The notes under the pieces are model-generated. The model was given only the letters and a program-made list of their open reading frames with translations, had not been told where the DNA came from and did not search any database. A stretch of 29,565 nt of DNA, from positions 1 to 29,565 of IMG/VR virus record IMGVR_UViG_3300020299_000006, one strand, 5' to 3'. Position 1 is the stretch's first letter. The number at the start of each line of letters is the position of its first letter. Both the position numbers and the translations under genes were made by a program. The DNA is from a virus (Duplodnaviria > Caudoviricetes). Shown piece after piece: positions 8,611 through 16,229 of the stretch.

Positions 8611-10833
8611 TTACCTCCAAATTTTTGGTTGCCCTTTTGTCATGTTTTCTAAATTATTAATATTTGTACTCGCATAATTATAAAAAGCATTTATATTGTC
8701 ATTTATTGTAGCAGACGTGTATATATCTTGAGAAGTGTACCAGCTAGGGCTGTCTGGTATTGTATATTGAGTGTATGAATTAAATTGTGGTACATACCCT
8801 ATCAAAGCCACTAGACTTGATTCATCACTATACTCACCTGTTGCTTGTTGTTCTTCTTGCATTTCTTCTTGTTGGGCCTCTATATTTTGGGCGATAATTT
8901 TGTCTGCTATTTGATCTGCTTCTGATTGCGTCATTACACCACCAACGGCTGTATCTATTTCGCCTTGAACATTTTGGACTTGCACATCAGCCATCACCAC
9001 CTCTGTACCACCATCAACAGTATTCATAGGCGTGATACTAACCATCACAGATCCACCAACATCTCCACTCATAGATAAAACTTGATTGTTTTGGGCCGTA
9101 GCACTCGCGTACTGATCTGACATGCTAGGTGAACTAGAGGTACTGATACCGCCCCCAGACCCACTACTAGAAGCCTGAGTATTTATATTCACAGCTGTTG
9201 TGTTTGATGAGTTAGATTGAGATGTAACAGAGCCTACGTTAACACTAGCAGTTGCAGTTTTGACTGCACTCTTAATAACACGTAAAGCAACAGATTTAAG
9301 CTTACCATTGCTTGCTGGCTCATCATTTTCAATAATATCTAATTCTTCTACCACTTCATCAACGATTTCTTCTTCTACTTCTGCTAACCTTTCTTCTTCT
9401 AACTCTTCAAAGACTTCTTCTAGGTCTTCAAATACTTCTTCTACGGCTTCTTCCTCAAAGATTTCTTCTCTAAACTCTTCTTCTGGTTCATCATTTTCTA
9501 CTAACCTTTCTTCTCTTTCTTCATGATGGTCTCTTCTTTCTTCTTCAAACCAATCATTTAATTCTTCTATGGTTTCTATGGCTATGATCGTTTCAGGCTC
9601 AGTAAAATCTTCCACAAAGACTGTTTCTTGTAAAACAAATTGCTCTATCAGTATATCTTCTTGATGTATAGGATCTTCATGCCTGGAGCGAAAGTCATCT
9701 ATAAAAGGCAAAGGGTCGGGCTCAAAGAATATAATTAGCTCTTCAGGTTCTGGACCCCCAAAAAAATCTTCAAAATCATCATGGCCAAACTCTTCAAAAG
9801 GCGGAAACATTTCTTCTTCAAAAATATCTATTACTATAAATGGCTCTTCTTCATGGTGACGCGGCCCATCGTCTATGAATATACCTGTGGCAAATTGTTC
9901 TTGTTCATCTTCAAAACCAAAGTCAACATTCCTGTCATCAAAAAAAGCCACTGATTCTTCTTGCCTAAAACCGGGGCAAAAAGAGGCGTATTGTGGATCT
10001 TCATCACATTGTTGGTCATCATAAGCTTGCCAGTAGTTAGGACATTGGTTGCTATAAAGCTGGGTGATATTACATTGCTGTGTTAATAAAGCATCTGCAT
10101 AACCACTACAGCTGGCATCATTCAATGGATTACTACAATCCACACCATTGCCACTACCTGAGCCATACAAAGAGCCACCGTTTTCTAGTGTGGTATTGAT
10201 AGCTGTATTGTTCCAGTTAGTGTTTACGCAAGTAGAGGAGTTGGTTGTTCCGGTATTACATTCATCGTGGTAATAGTAAGTGTATGAATTGTCCTTACTA
10301 GAACCAACTTCACCAATCAACACATCATGGTTAATAATTTCTAACTCTCTGTAGCGAATGTCAAAAGAATTATTGTTCCAAAGTATTATCTCAAAACTAT
10401 TGTCTGTGTTTGCACGATTGTATTCTCTAAGATAATACCAGCCAAAAATCATCTTTGAACTATCGCCCCAAGACTTCATACGAGAATTGCTATCTCTTAT
10501 GAGGTCAGTCCAGAAAGGGTATATAGTATAGGTGTGCTGTCCGTTAAGTGGATCAGGAGTATAGTCGCTGCAATAGCTACCACTATTGCCAAAGTGTAAA
10601 CAACCATTGGTCGCCATTCGTGCTTGTGAAAATGTAGAGCCGTAAAAAGTAAAGTTAAAAGAAAGATCAATTGCAGGTGAAATGCCGTCATCAGATACCT
10701 CGTATGCTAGCTCACCTTGGAAGTCATTAGCATTATCGTGTAGATCATATAAAGGTTGATTAGCTTCGTATGTGTATTGTCCTGGAAGATTGCAGGATAG
10801 AAGGATTAACCCCCATATAATTCTTTTTTGCAT
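8611..10833 (-). CDS. Exported protein: NIDO-like domain, Cys-rich repeats, hyperacidic region
   Basis: N-terminal signal-like segment. DDG.S.AIDLSFNFTFYG.......ATNG.L.F and IYPFWTDL are nidogen-N-like. Three C-x8/9-C repeats and an E/D-rich tract follow. Confidence 0.8.
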   Translation of the reverse strand: MQKRIIWGLILLSCNLPGQYTYEANQPLYDLHDNANDFQGELAYEVSDDGISPAIDLSFNFTFYGSTFSQARMATNGCLHFGNSGSYCSDYTPDPLNGQHTYTIYPFWTDLIRDSNSRMKSWGDSSKMIFGWYYLREYNRANTDNSFEIILWNNNSFDIRYRELEIINHDVLIGEVGSSKDNSYTYYYHDECNTGTTNSSTCVNTNWNNTAINTTLENGGSLYGSGSGNGVDCSNPLNDASCSGYADALLTQQCNITQLYSNQCPNYWQAYDDQQCDEDPQYASFCPGFRQEESVAFFDDRNVDFGFEDEQEQFATGIFIDDGPRHHEEEPFIVIDIFEEEMFPPFEEFGHDDFEDFFGGPEPEELIIFFEPDPLPFIDDFRSRHEDPIHQEDILIEQFVLQETVFVEDFTEPETIIAIETIEELNDWFEEERRDHHEEREERLVENDEPEEEFREEIFEEEAVEEVFEDLEEVFEELEEERLAEVEEEIVDEVVEELDIIENDEPASNGKLKSVALRVIKSAVKTATASVNVGSVTSQSNSSNTTAVNINTQASSSGSGGGISTSSSPSMSDQYASATAQNNQVLSMSGDVGGSVMVSITPMNTVDGGTEVVMADVQVQNVQGEIDTAVGGVMTQSEADQIADKIIAQNIEAQQEEMQEEQQATGEYSDESSLVALIGYVPQFNSYTQYTIPDSPSWYTSQDIYTSATINDNINAFYNYASTNINNLENMTKGQPKIWR

Positions 10834-11930
10834 TGTTTTTTAGATTTTGTTTTACTTACAACGACTTTACTTATTAAACCAGCTACGTCATTTTGTATTC
10901 TGTCTCTGTTTGGATTGCGTTCTTGACTACACTCTGCAACAAACTCCTCCTCAAAATCTTCTTTATCTGGTCTTTTAGACGGGTTAGCTATCCATAGTTT
11001 CTTGGCTTCTTCGCCTATCTTACCCTCATATGGAGCAGGCGTGCCTGCTTGCCACATAGCTTTGAACACTCTTTCATCTTGGGCTAGTAGAGAAATAGCG
11101 GCCACTTTCATGCCCATATCGTACAAGTATTTAGACAGCTTTAATCTTTCACAGTTCATGTCTCTTACGGACTTACCACCACTTAAACCAAACACTTGAC
11201 CTTGAAATGCCCCACTCACCCCTGTGGTGCAAAGGTCTTGACTATACGACATAATACTTGGTGCGATAGCCGATGCTGGTGGAGCCTCAGACTTTACATT
11301 TTGGTTAATAGTTTGTGTCGAATTTGATTCGTTGATATTTCTATTCGTGTTGTCAGATGTTGTGTTATTTTGATTAACATTTTTGTTATTAGTAGTAACA
11401 TTTGAGTCTGACGTAGATGAATTGATATTCGTATTAGTCGAAGTGTTGACGTTAGTGTTGTTCGAAGTGTTTGTATTGTTGACATTTTGATTTACCGTGC
11501 TGTTAACTGTTGAAGTAGAAGTTGATGTATTCACATTTGTATTAGTATTGTTTGATGTACTGGTTGCGGTCGAAGTATTTACATTTGTGTTCACGTTTGT
11601 ATTTTGATTTGTATTCACATTTGTATTTGACGAAGTATTGTTATTGGTCGATACATTCGTATTTGTAGAAACATTAGTATTACTTGTAGTCGTATTATTG
11701 GTATTGGTATTTGTGTTGGTGTTCGTATTGGTGTTATTCGTAGTCGTTTCATTTGTAGTATAAACATTAGAGTTTTCACAATACTGTGTGCCGTTCACGC
11801 AAGCTGTCCCAGACTGTTGTGACGATTGTGCCTGAGCAACTGTGTTATACCCGATTAAAAACACTATCCAAAACATAAAGAAACACCACGCAATAATATT
11901 ATCGTGTCGTTTCTGTTCTTTTTTGTTCAT
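10806..11930 (-). CDS. Exported Asn/Thr-rich repeat protein with globular C-terminal domain
   Basis: Hydrophobic N-terminus ending AQA, about 160 aa of NTNVNT-type repeats, then APPASAIAPS...DLC...CERLKLSK..DMGMKVAAISLL.QDERV. Confidence 0.85.
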   Translation of the reverse strand: MNKKEQKRHDNIIAWCFFMFWIVFLIGYNTVAQAQSSQQSGTACVNGTQYCENSNVYTTNETTTNNTNTNTNTNTNTNNTTTSNTNVSTNTNVSTNNNTSSNTNVNTNQNTNVNTNVNTSTATSTSNNTNTNVNTSTSTSTVNSTVNQNVNNTNTSNNTNVNTSTNTNINSSTSDSNVTTNNKNVNQNNTTSDNTNRNINESNSTQTINQNVKSEAPPASAIAPSIMSYSQDLCTTGVSGAFQGQVFGLSGGKSVRDMNCERLKLSKYLYDMGMKVAAISLLAQDERVFKAMWQAGTPAPYEGKIGEEAKKLWIANPSKRPDKEDFEEEFVAECSQERNPNRDRIQNDVAGLISKVVVSKTKSKKQCKKELYGG

Positions 11931-12313
11931 TTATCTTCGCCTTTAAAACTTTTGCTTGCTCCACTTGTTCCAGCATATAAACCAAACCAAGCGGCACCAG
12001 CACCTACAACTACTGATATAAGTCCTGATTGTTCGAAATTAGGTGCTTCTAAATCCATAAACCACATTACTGTTGTATATAAAAGAATAATATATACGGT
12101 TAAAAAAGCCCTTGGAAATATTCTCCAAGAGTCAACAGCTTGAGCTAAGTGAATCCATTTTTGATGAGGGTTTCTAGTAGTTTCATCTTCAAGATCCCTA
12201 ATCTTATCTTTCAGTTGAGATATTTCTTCAATCATAGCCATAAATTTGTTGAGATCCATCTCAACTTCATTACGGTCCATATCCCCTGAAAATCTGCTTC
12301 TATGTTCGTCCAT
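11927..12313 (-). CDS. Coiled-coil plus 2-TM membrane protein (holin-like topology)
   Basis: AVDSWRIFPRAFLTVYIILLY and GLISVVVGAGAAWFGLY. Start and stop both overlap the neighbouring genes. Confidence 0.7.
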   Translation of the reverse strand: MDEHRSRFSGDMDRNEVEMDLNKFMAMIEEISQLKDKIRDLEDETTRNPHQKWIHLAQAVDSWRIFPRAFLTVYIILLYTTVMWFMDLEAPNFEQSGLISVVVGAGAAWFGLYAGTSGASKSFKGEDK

Positions 12314-12693
12314 TAGTAATCACCCCATATTTTAGTTTTAGTCCCGCCGTGGTACTCCACTGCATGGCCTTCATCTATTAACAATTTACAAATATCTTTA
12401 CCATCTTCTGTATAAGGTATGCCAAGTATTCTGCCATATTTACCTTTACCAAGAGATTTAATTTTTATGCTACCTACGCATAATTCTTTTAATCTTTCTT
12501 TAGCTGCAAGGCCCAGTTTCTTTTCTGCTAAATCTCGTGTTCGTGATTCTGGAGTGTCTATGCCGGCCAGTCGAACTCTTTGTTTGTGTAGTTTTACATC
12601 AAACCCAAGGTCGAGCGAACAATCAAAAGTATCTCCATCGACGATTCGCTCTAAAGTTGCCTTGTAAACAAAAGCATCTGGTGCTTGCGCCAT
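12313..12693 (-). CDS. Staphylococcal nuclease-like (SNase/thermonuclease) protein
   Basis: RIVDGDT, RVRLAGIDTPE, GKYGRILG, LIDEGHA. No signal peptide. Confidence 0.93.
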   Translation of the reverse strand: MAQAPDAFVYKATLERIVDGDTFDCSLDLGFDVKLHKQRVRLAGIDTPESRTRDLAEKKLGLAAKERLKELCVGSIKIKSLGKGKYGRILGIPYTEDGKDICKLLIDEGHAVEYHGGTKTKIWGDY

Positions 12694-12861
12694 CTACTTC
12701 TCCTTTGCTCTACCTACGTTAATTGCGCACCAATCTACAAGTTTGTAGATTTTGCCAATCAAGATATCATCTTTTGGTGTTGGCGTTAGGGCACAAATAA
12801 GAGATGCACCTGAAATAACCCAAGGGGCTAATTGAATCAATTTTAATGTTAAATCTAACAT
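12694..12861 (-). CDS. 55-aa small membrane protein, holin-like (not in ORF track)
   Basis: MLDLTLKLIQLAPWVISGASLICALTPTPKDDILIGKIYKLVDWCAINVGRAKEK. SD GGAGA, and the stop abuts the SNase ATG. Confidence 0.8.
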   Translation of the reverse strand: MLDLTLKLIQLAPWVISGASLICALTPTPKDDILIGKIYKLVDWCAINVGRAKEK

Positions 12862-12877
12862 ATATATTCTCCATTAT

Positions 12878-12891
12878 GTTCCTCCTTGAAC
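12878..12891 (-). promoter_or_regulatory. Candidate CsrA-binding hairpin
   Basis: GUUC-AAGGAG-GAAC forms a 4-bp stem with an ANGGAN hexaloop and matches the (A/U)CANGGANG(U/A) consensus. Confidence 0.55.
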
Positions 12892-12903
12892 TAGTTTTAT
12901 TTA

Positions 12904-12912
12904 AGTTTAACA
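12904..12912 (-). promoter_or_regulatory. Extended -10 promoter candidate
   Basis: TGTTAAACT on the minus strand in the gap ahead of the accessory cassette. Confidence 0.5.
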
Positions 12913-12914
12913 GA

Positions 12915-13298
12915 TTATTCTTCTTTTTGGATAACTGTTACTTTTCTATAATACACAACCACGTCTTTTAATTCTGTAATATACCTTTTAATTTCCTGCA
13001 TGTTATAGGCCATGGTCTCGTAGTCTGGCACGGTCATAGCTAAAAATACAAGTTCACCCTCTTGTTCTTTTATAATAGCAAACTGTTCTTCAAAGTTTTC
13101 TGGAGTGATCGTAAGCCATCTAACCTGCTTAAGATCTATCTCTCTGGGCATGATAGGTTGGACTATCTTGCGTTCAATAGGTTTTGCGCTTACTTGTATT
13201 TCTCTAGTCGGAAGTAGACTGCAACTGCAGGCCATCATCAAGATCATCAATAGTAGCGCTGATGTTCTCAATGTCCTCCATGATATGTTTTGTACCAT
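12915..13298 (-). CDS. o-spanin (Rz1-like) lipoprotein; exact start uncertain
   Basis: ALLLMILMMACSC lipobox, Pro-containing N-region, helical C-terminus. Overlaps the 3' end of the i-spanin gene in another frame. Confidence 0.75.
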   Translation of the reverse strand: MVQNISWRTLRTSALLLMILMMACSCSLLPTREIQVSAKPIERKIVQPIMPREIDLKQVRWLTITPENFEEQFAIIKEQEGELVFLAMTVPDYETMAYNMQEIKRYITELKDVVVYYRKVTVIQKEE

Positions 13299-13599
13299 TA
13301 TTTATCTTCCTTTGCATGTCAACTGGGTCACCCATAATCTTGTCACTCAGTTGGTAGTTTCTAATAAACTCTGAATATCTATTTAACTCTCTTTGTGCTG
13401 CTTGGCTTTTTGCACTAAGGTCTTGTAGTTGTTGTGTTTGTAATTCAAAGTCTTGTTGTAACGACTTGATGGCTTCTTCTTGGGTTGCTACTGCACCTTC
13501 TAAAGCTGCATTGTTAGCTTGTAAAATTTGGTTTTGGCTATAAAAATAATAACTTGCTAAACCTAACATTAATATAATTCCTATTAATATTTGTTGCAT
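13204..13599 (-). CDS. i-spanin (Rz-like)
   Basis: N-terminal TM segment ILIGIILMLGLASYYFY followed by a long coiled coil. Confidence 0.78.
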   Translation of the reverse strand: MQQILIGIILMLGLASYYFYSQNQILQANNAALEGAVATQEEAIKSLQQDFELQTQQLQDLSAKSQAAQRELNRYSEFIRNYQLSDKIMGDPVDMQRKINNGTKHIMEDIENISATIDDLDDGLQLQSTSD

Positions 13600-13829
13600 T
13601 AGACTTCCTCAATAATGTAATTAAGACCGCCTGCGCTTCTATATTCAATAGTTTTGTTATCAAGGTCTCTAAACTTTAAATGATTTTCTTTTTGCACAAT
13701 TATTTTTTTAGTAATATAGACTTTATCGTCCTCATCTCCGTATTCTTTGTTGAACGATACTGTTATTTGATAACGAGTTACAAAAAGTTGTACAACCCAT
13801 TGTATTATTTTTTTCCATGACTCCTTCAT
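13599..13829 (-). CDS. Hypothetical protein
   Basis: 76-aa ORF, TAATG-coupled to the i-spanin gene. Confidence 0.7.
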   Translation of the reverse strand: MKESWKKIIQWVVQLFVTRYQITVSFNKEYGDEDDKVYITKKIIVQKENHLKFRDLDNKTIEYRSAGGLNYIIEEV

Positions 13830-13844
13830 GTATGGAGGGGGTAG

Positions 13845-14030
13845 TTACCTTCCTACTGCTTTCTGTGCTTTTTTGTGCGCTGCCGTAAAAGTGCTTCCTT
13901 TCATCATAAGGTTCTTCATATATTTCATATGTTTAGCAGTATGGTGTTTTGAATGTCGTTTCATACTGGCCTCCTGCCTTTTGCTTAAACCTTTTTTCTT
14001 TATAGGTTTTCTTTTCCGTTTAGTAACCAT
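13845..14030 (-). CDS. Small basic K/H/M-rich protein
   Basis: MVTKRKRKPIKKK...KRHSKHHTAKHMKYMKNLMMKG.TFT.AHKKA. Co-oriented with and overlapping the upstream microprotein. Confidence 0.75.
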   Translation of the reverse strand: MVTKRKRKPIKKKGLSKRQEASMKRHSKHHTAKHMKYMKNLMMKGSTFTAAHKKAQKAVGR

Positions 14031-14127
14031 AAGACCTTTTCATAGTCTTCTTTTTTTTCATAGGTTTTTTTGCTTTTTTCATAGCAGGTTTTTTCTTACC
14101 CATTTTTTTCATTTTGTGTCCTGGCAT
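14020..14127 (-). CDS. 35-aa Lys/Met-rich microprotein (not in ORF track)
   Basis: MPGHKMKKMGKKKPAMKKAKKPMKKKKTMKRSYGY. SD GGAGA upstream. Confidence 0.75.
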   Translation of the reverse strand: MPGHKMKKMGKKKPAMKKAKKPMKKKKTMKRSYGY

Positions 14128-14157
14128 TTTTTATCTCCAAAGTTAATTTATATATTA

Positions 14158-14520
14158 TTACCCGTAAGGGCTATCTAGGTCAATATCATCTGATGTTGAC
14201 CATGTTATTCCATCTGCGTGAGATAGAAGGGTATTTAGTTCTAGCTGTTTACTATTAAAATGGTTGGTTATCCACCCCTTTACAACATCGTCCGTTACGT
14301 TGCTTATATGCACAAAATCAACATCACCAGTGTCTTTAGCAAAGTAATTAAAAGTTATGTGTTGTTTTGGTACAGTAACTGTATTGCTAGAGTCAGCTGT
14401 TTCATAAGCATCTATGGTGTATTCAACTTCCGTGACCAAAACTTGACCATTTGAAGTTATTTCTTTAGTAGTTATAACATTTGGGGTAAAACTAGCTGTG
14501 TATCTTTTTAAAACTGCCAT
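14158..14520 (-). CDS. Hypothetical protein, probably tail-associated
   Basis: Directly follows the tail-tip gene. Contains FV.IS.VT..VVKGWI. Confidence 0.65.
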   Translation of the reverse strand: MAVLKRYTASFTPNVITTKEITSNGQVLVTEVEYTIDAYETADSSNTVTVPKQHITFNYFAKDTGDVDFVHISNVTDDVVKGWITNHFNSKQLELNTLLSHADGITWSTSDDIDLDSPYG

Positions 14521-14522
14521 AA

Positions 14523-16229
14523 TTAACTTGCACTAAATTTAACAAACCTAACATCAGCTGACCCTATTTGCCTAGAATTTGAATCACCTTGCCCGTATAT
14601 ATAACATTTTATTGTACTACTACCTGTATATCTAAACGCTATAGGTATATTAGCGGTATCAGCACTGCTTGTTAGCCTAGACTCAGTTATGCTTGTATTT
14701 AAATGTTCTATGTCAGGGGTTCTATAAACTACACCAGAACTGCTATCTAATAATTCTGCCGTGTCACTACCACCTGATGTAACTGTAGTGTCGACCGTAC
14801 CATCAGAAAACAATAGATGTATGGTTTTAACTTGGCCATTGCCCCCAACTAACCGCACATAACCTTGATAAAACCCAGCACCACTACCCACTGTAGTTAT
14901 TTCAGCATACCTTTTAGAATTGTTATTGAAGTTTCCAATACTGCTACCTGTAACTGTGCCACCATTGGTAGGGAGAATTAAATCAGTAGTATTTATGACA
15001 GAGGCGGTTAAAGTACCAGATATTTTAGCTTCGGTTATTTGTGCATCCGCTATCTTAGCCGTTGTAATATTAGCATCTAAAATTTTAGCCGATGTGATAT
15101 TTGCGTCCGCTATTTTAGCCGTTGTAATTTGAGCGTCCGCAATTTTACCGGTTTGTATAGTTGCGTCCGCAATTTTAGCGTTAGACACAGCTGCGTCATT
15201 TATACGTGCGGTTGTTATAGCTCCATCTTGTATACGTGCACTATCTATAAATACGGAACCACCACTCACAATAAATGGCGCTACCTCTGCATTAGTGCCA
15301 TTCCATATAGCAAACTTGTCAGCTAAAAATTGCACATGAGACTGAGCTCCTGCCCCATCACTTGCATTAGATCCAATAACCATGCCTGCTACTGATTTAC
15401 TACCATTTGATTCTGTGGATGCTTGTAATACAAACATTGCGTTAAGATCTCCAGTATGGCTTGCAGTTGTTGAAGTTAGGCTAGTTACATTAGACGTATT
15501 GCTGTTAATACTAGATGTATGGCTTGTTAGAGTTGATGCGTGGCTATTTACTGTTGTTTGTAGTGTACTTACATCGCTGGTCACTGTAGCAATGTTTGTA
15601 GCATTTGTGGTATCTGCGCTTGTTAATACTGAGTACCCAGGCAAATTAGCCAAAGTTTGACTTAACTGCGTCATGACTGCAGATATATCTTCTAAAGTGT
15701 CTGCCTTAGATCCGTTTGTACCGTTGAAAGGACCTCTAACTCCAGCCGTGCTTACAAACCTAACCCAATAATAATAAGTCTGGTTGTATCCTACTACATC
15801 TGTAGTTATAAAAGAGTTAGTAGTTGTTACTAACTGAGCCCCACCAATTTCGTCGTCCCTAGATCTAAAAACTTCTGTAAAAGCGTGGTTAGAGTAAGTA
15901 GCAGGATTCCAGTCTATTATAACTTCTGTGAATGTGGAAGATGCAGTTAGCCCTGTAGGTGCAGGAGGTATAGATAAATCTTCTGTTGCGCTTTCATTTG
16001 CTATAAAATCTGTTGTAGTCGTAGCTGGATCAAACTTTTTGTTTGTAAGTTTTTTAGCCATACCAGAGTCTATTAACTCTCGTAGTGTTATAGCTCTATC
16101 TAATGGGTCGCCTTCTTGCCCTAGTCTAACTGCTAAGGCCTCTTTCATGGCCTGTAATGAGCCTCGTAACTCCGGCTCTGTGCTAGCCGGTATATTTTTT
16201 AAACCAGGAAGTTTAGTCGCTTTACTCAT
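14523..16229 (-). CDS. Tail tip / host-specificity protein (Fn3 domain, coiled coil, DUF1983-like domain, repeats)
   Basis: PPAPTGL...YYYWVRFV (Fn3-like). VAGMVIG...FLADKFAI..PFIV.GG.VFIDSA.I (gpJ-like). ITxAKIADA repeats. Confidence 0.8.
   Translation of the reverse strand: MSKATKLPGLKNIPASTEPELRGSLQAMKEALAVRLGQEGDPLDRAITLRELIDSGMAKKLTNKKFDPATTTTDFIANESATEDLSIPPAPTGLTASSTFTEVIIDWNPATYSNHAFTEVFRSRDDEIGGAQLVTTTNSFITTDVVGYNQTYYYWVRFVSTAGVRGPFNGTNGSKADTLEDISAVMTQLSQTLANLPGYSVLTSADTTNATNIATVTSDVSTLQTTVNSHASTLTSHTSSINSNTSNVTSLTSTTASHTGDLNAMFVLQASTESNGSKSVAGMVIGSNASDGAGAQSHVQFLADKFAIWNGTNAEVAPFIVSGGSVFIDSARIQDGAITTARINDAAVSNAKIADATIQTGKIADAQITTAKIADANITSAKILDANITTAKIADAQITEAKISGTLTASVINTTDLILPTNGGTVTGSSIGNFNNNSKRYAEITTVGSGAGFYQGYVRLVGGNGQVKTIHLLFSDGTVDTTVTSGGSDTAELLDSSSGVVYRTPDIEHLNTSITESRLTSSADTANIPIAFRYTGSSTIKCYIYGQGDSNSRQIGSADVRFVKFSAS
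15012..15250 (-). repeat. Degenerate 30-bp tandem repeat encoding (I-T-x-A-K-I-A-D-A-x)n
   Basis: About 8 units, for example TGCGTCCGCTATTTTAGCCGTTGTAATTTG on the + strand. Confidence 0.8.

Noticed and set aside
11296-11775. InaZ-type ice nucleation protein or DNA microsatellite
   Set aside because: Lacks AGYGSTxT repeats, and codons are heterogeneous so it is not a nucleotide tandem repeat.
13828-14178. 116-aa Phe-rich plus-strand ORF resembling a membrane protein
   Set aside because: It is the antisense shadow of Lys-rich (AAA) codons in the two basic microproteins.
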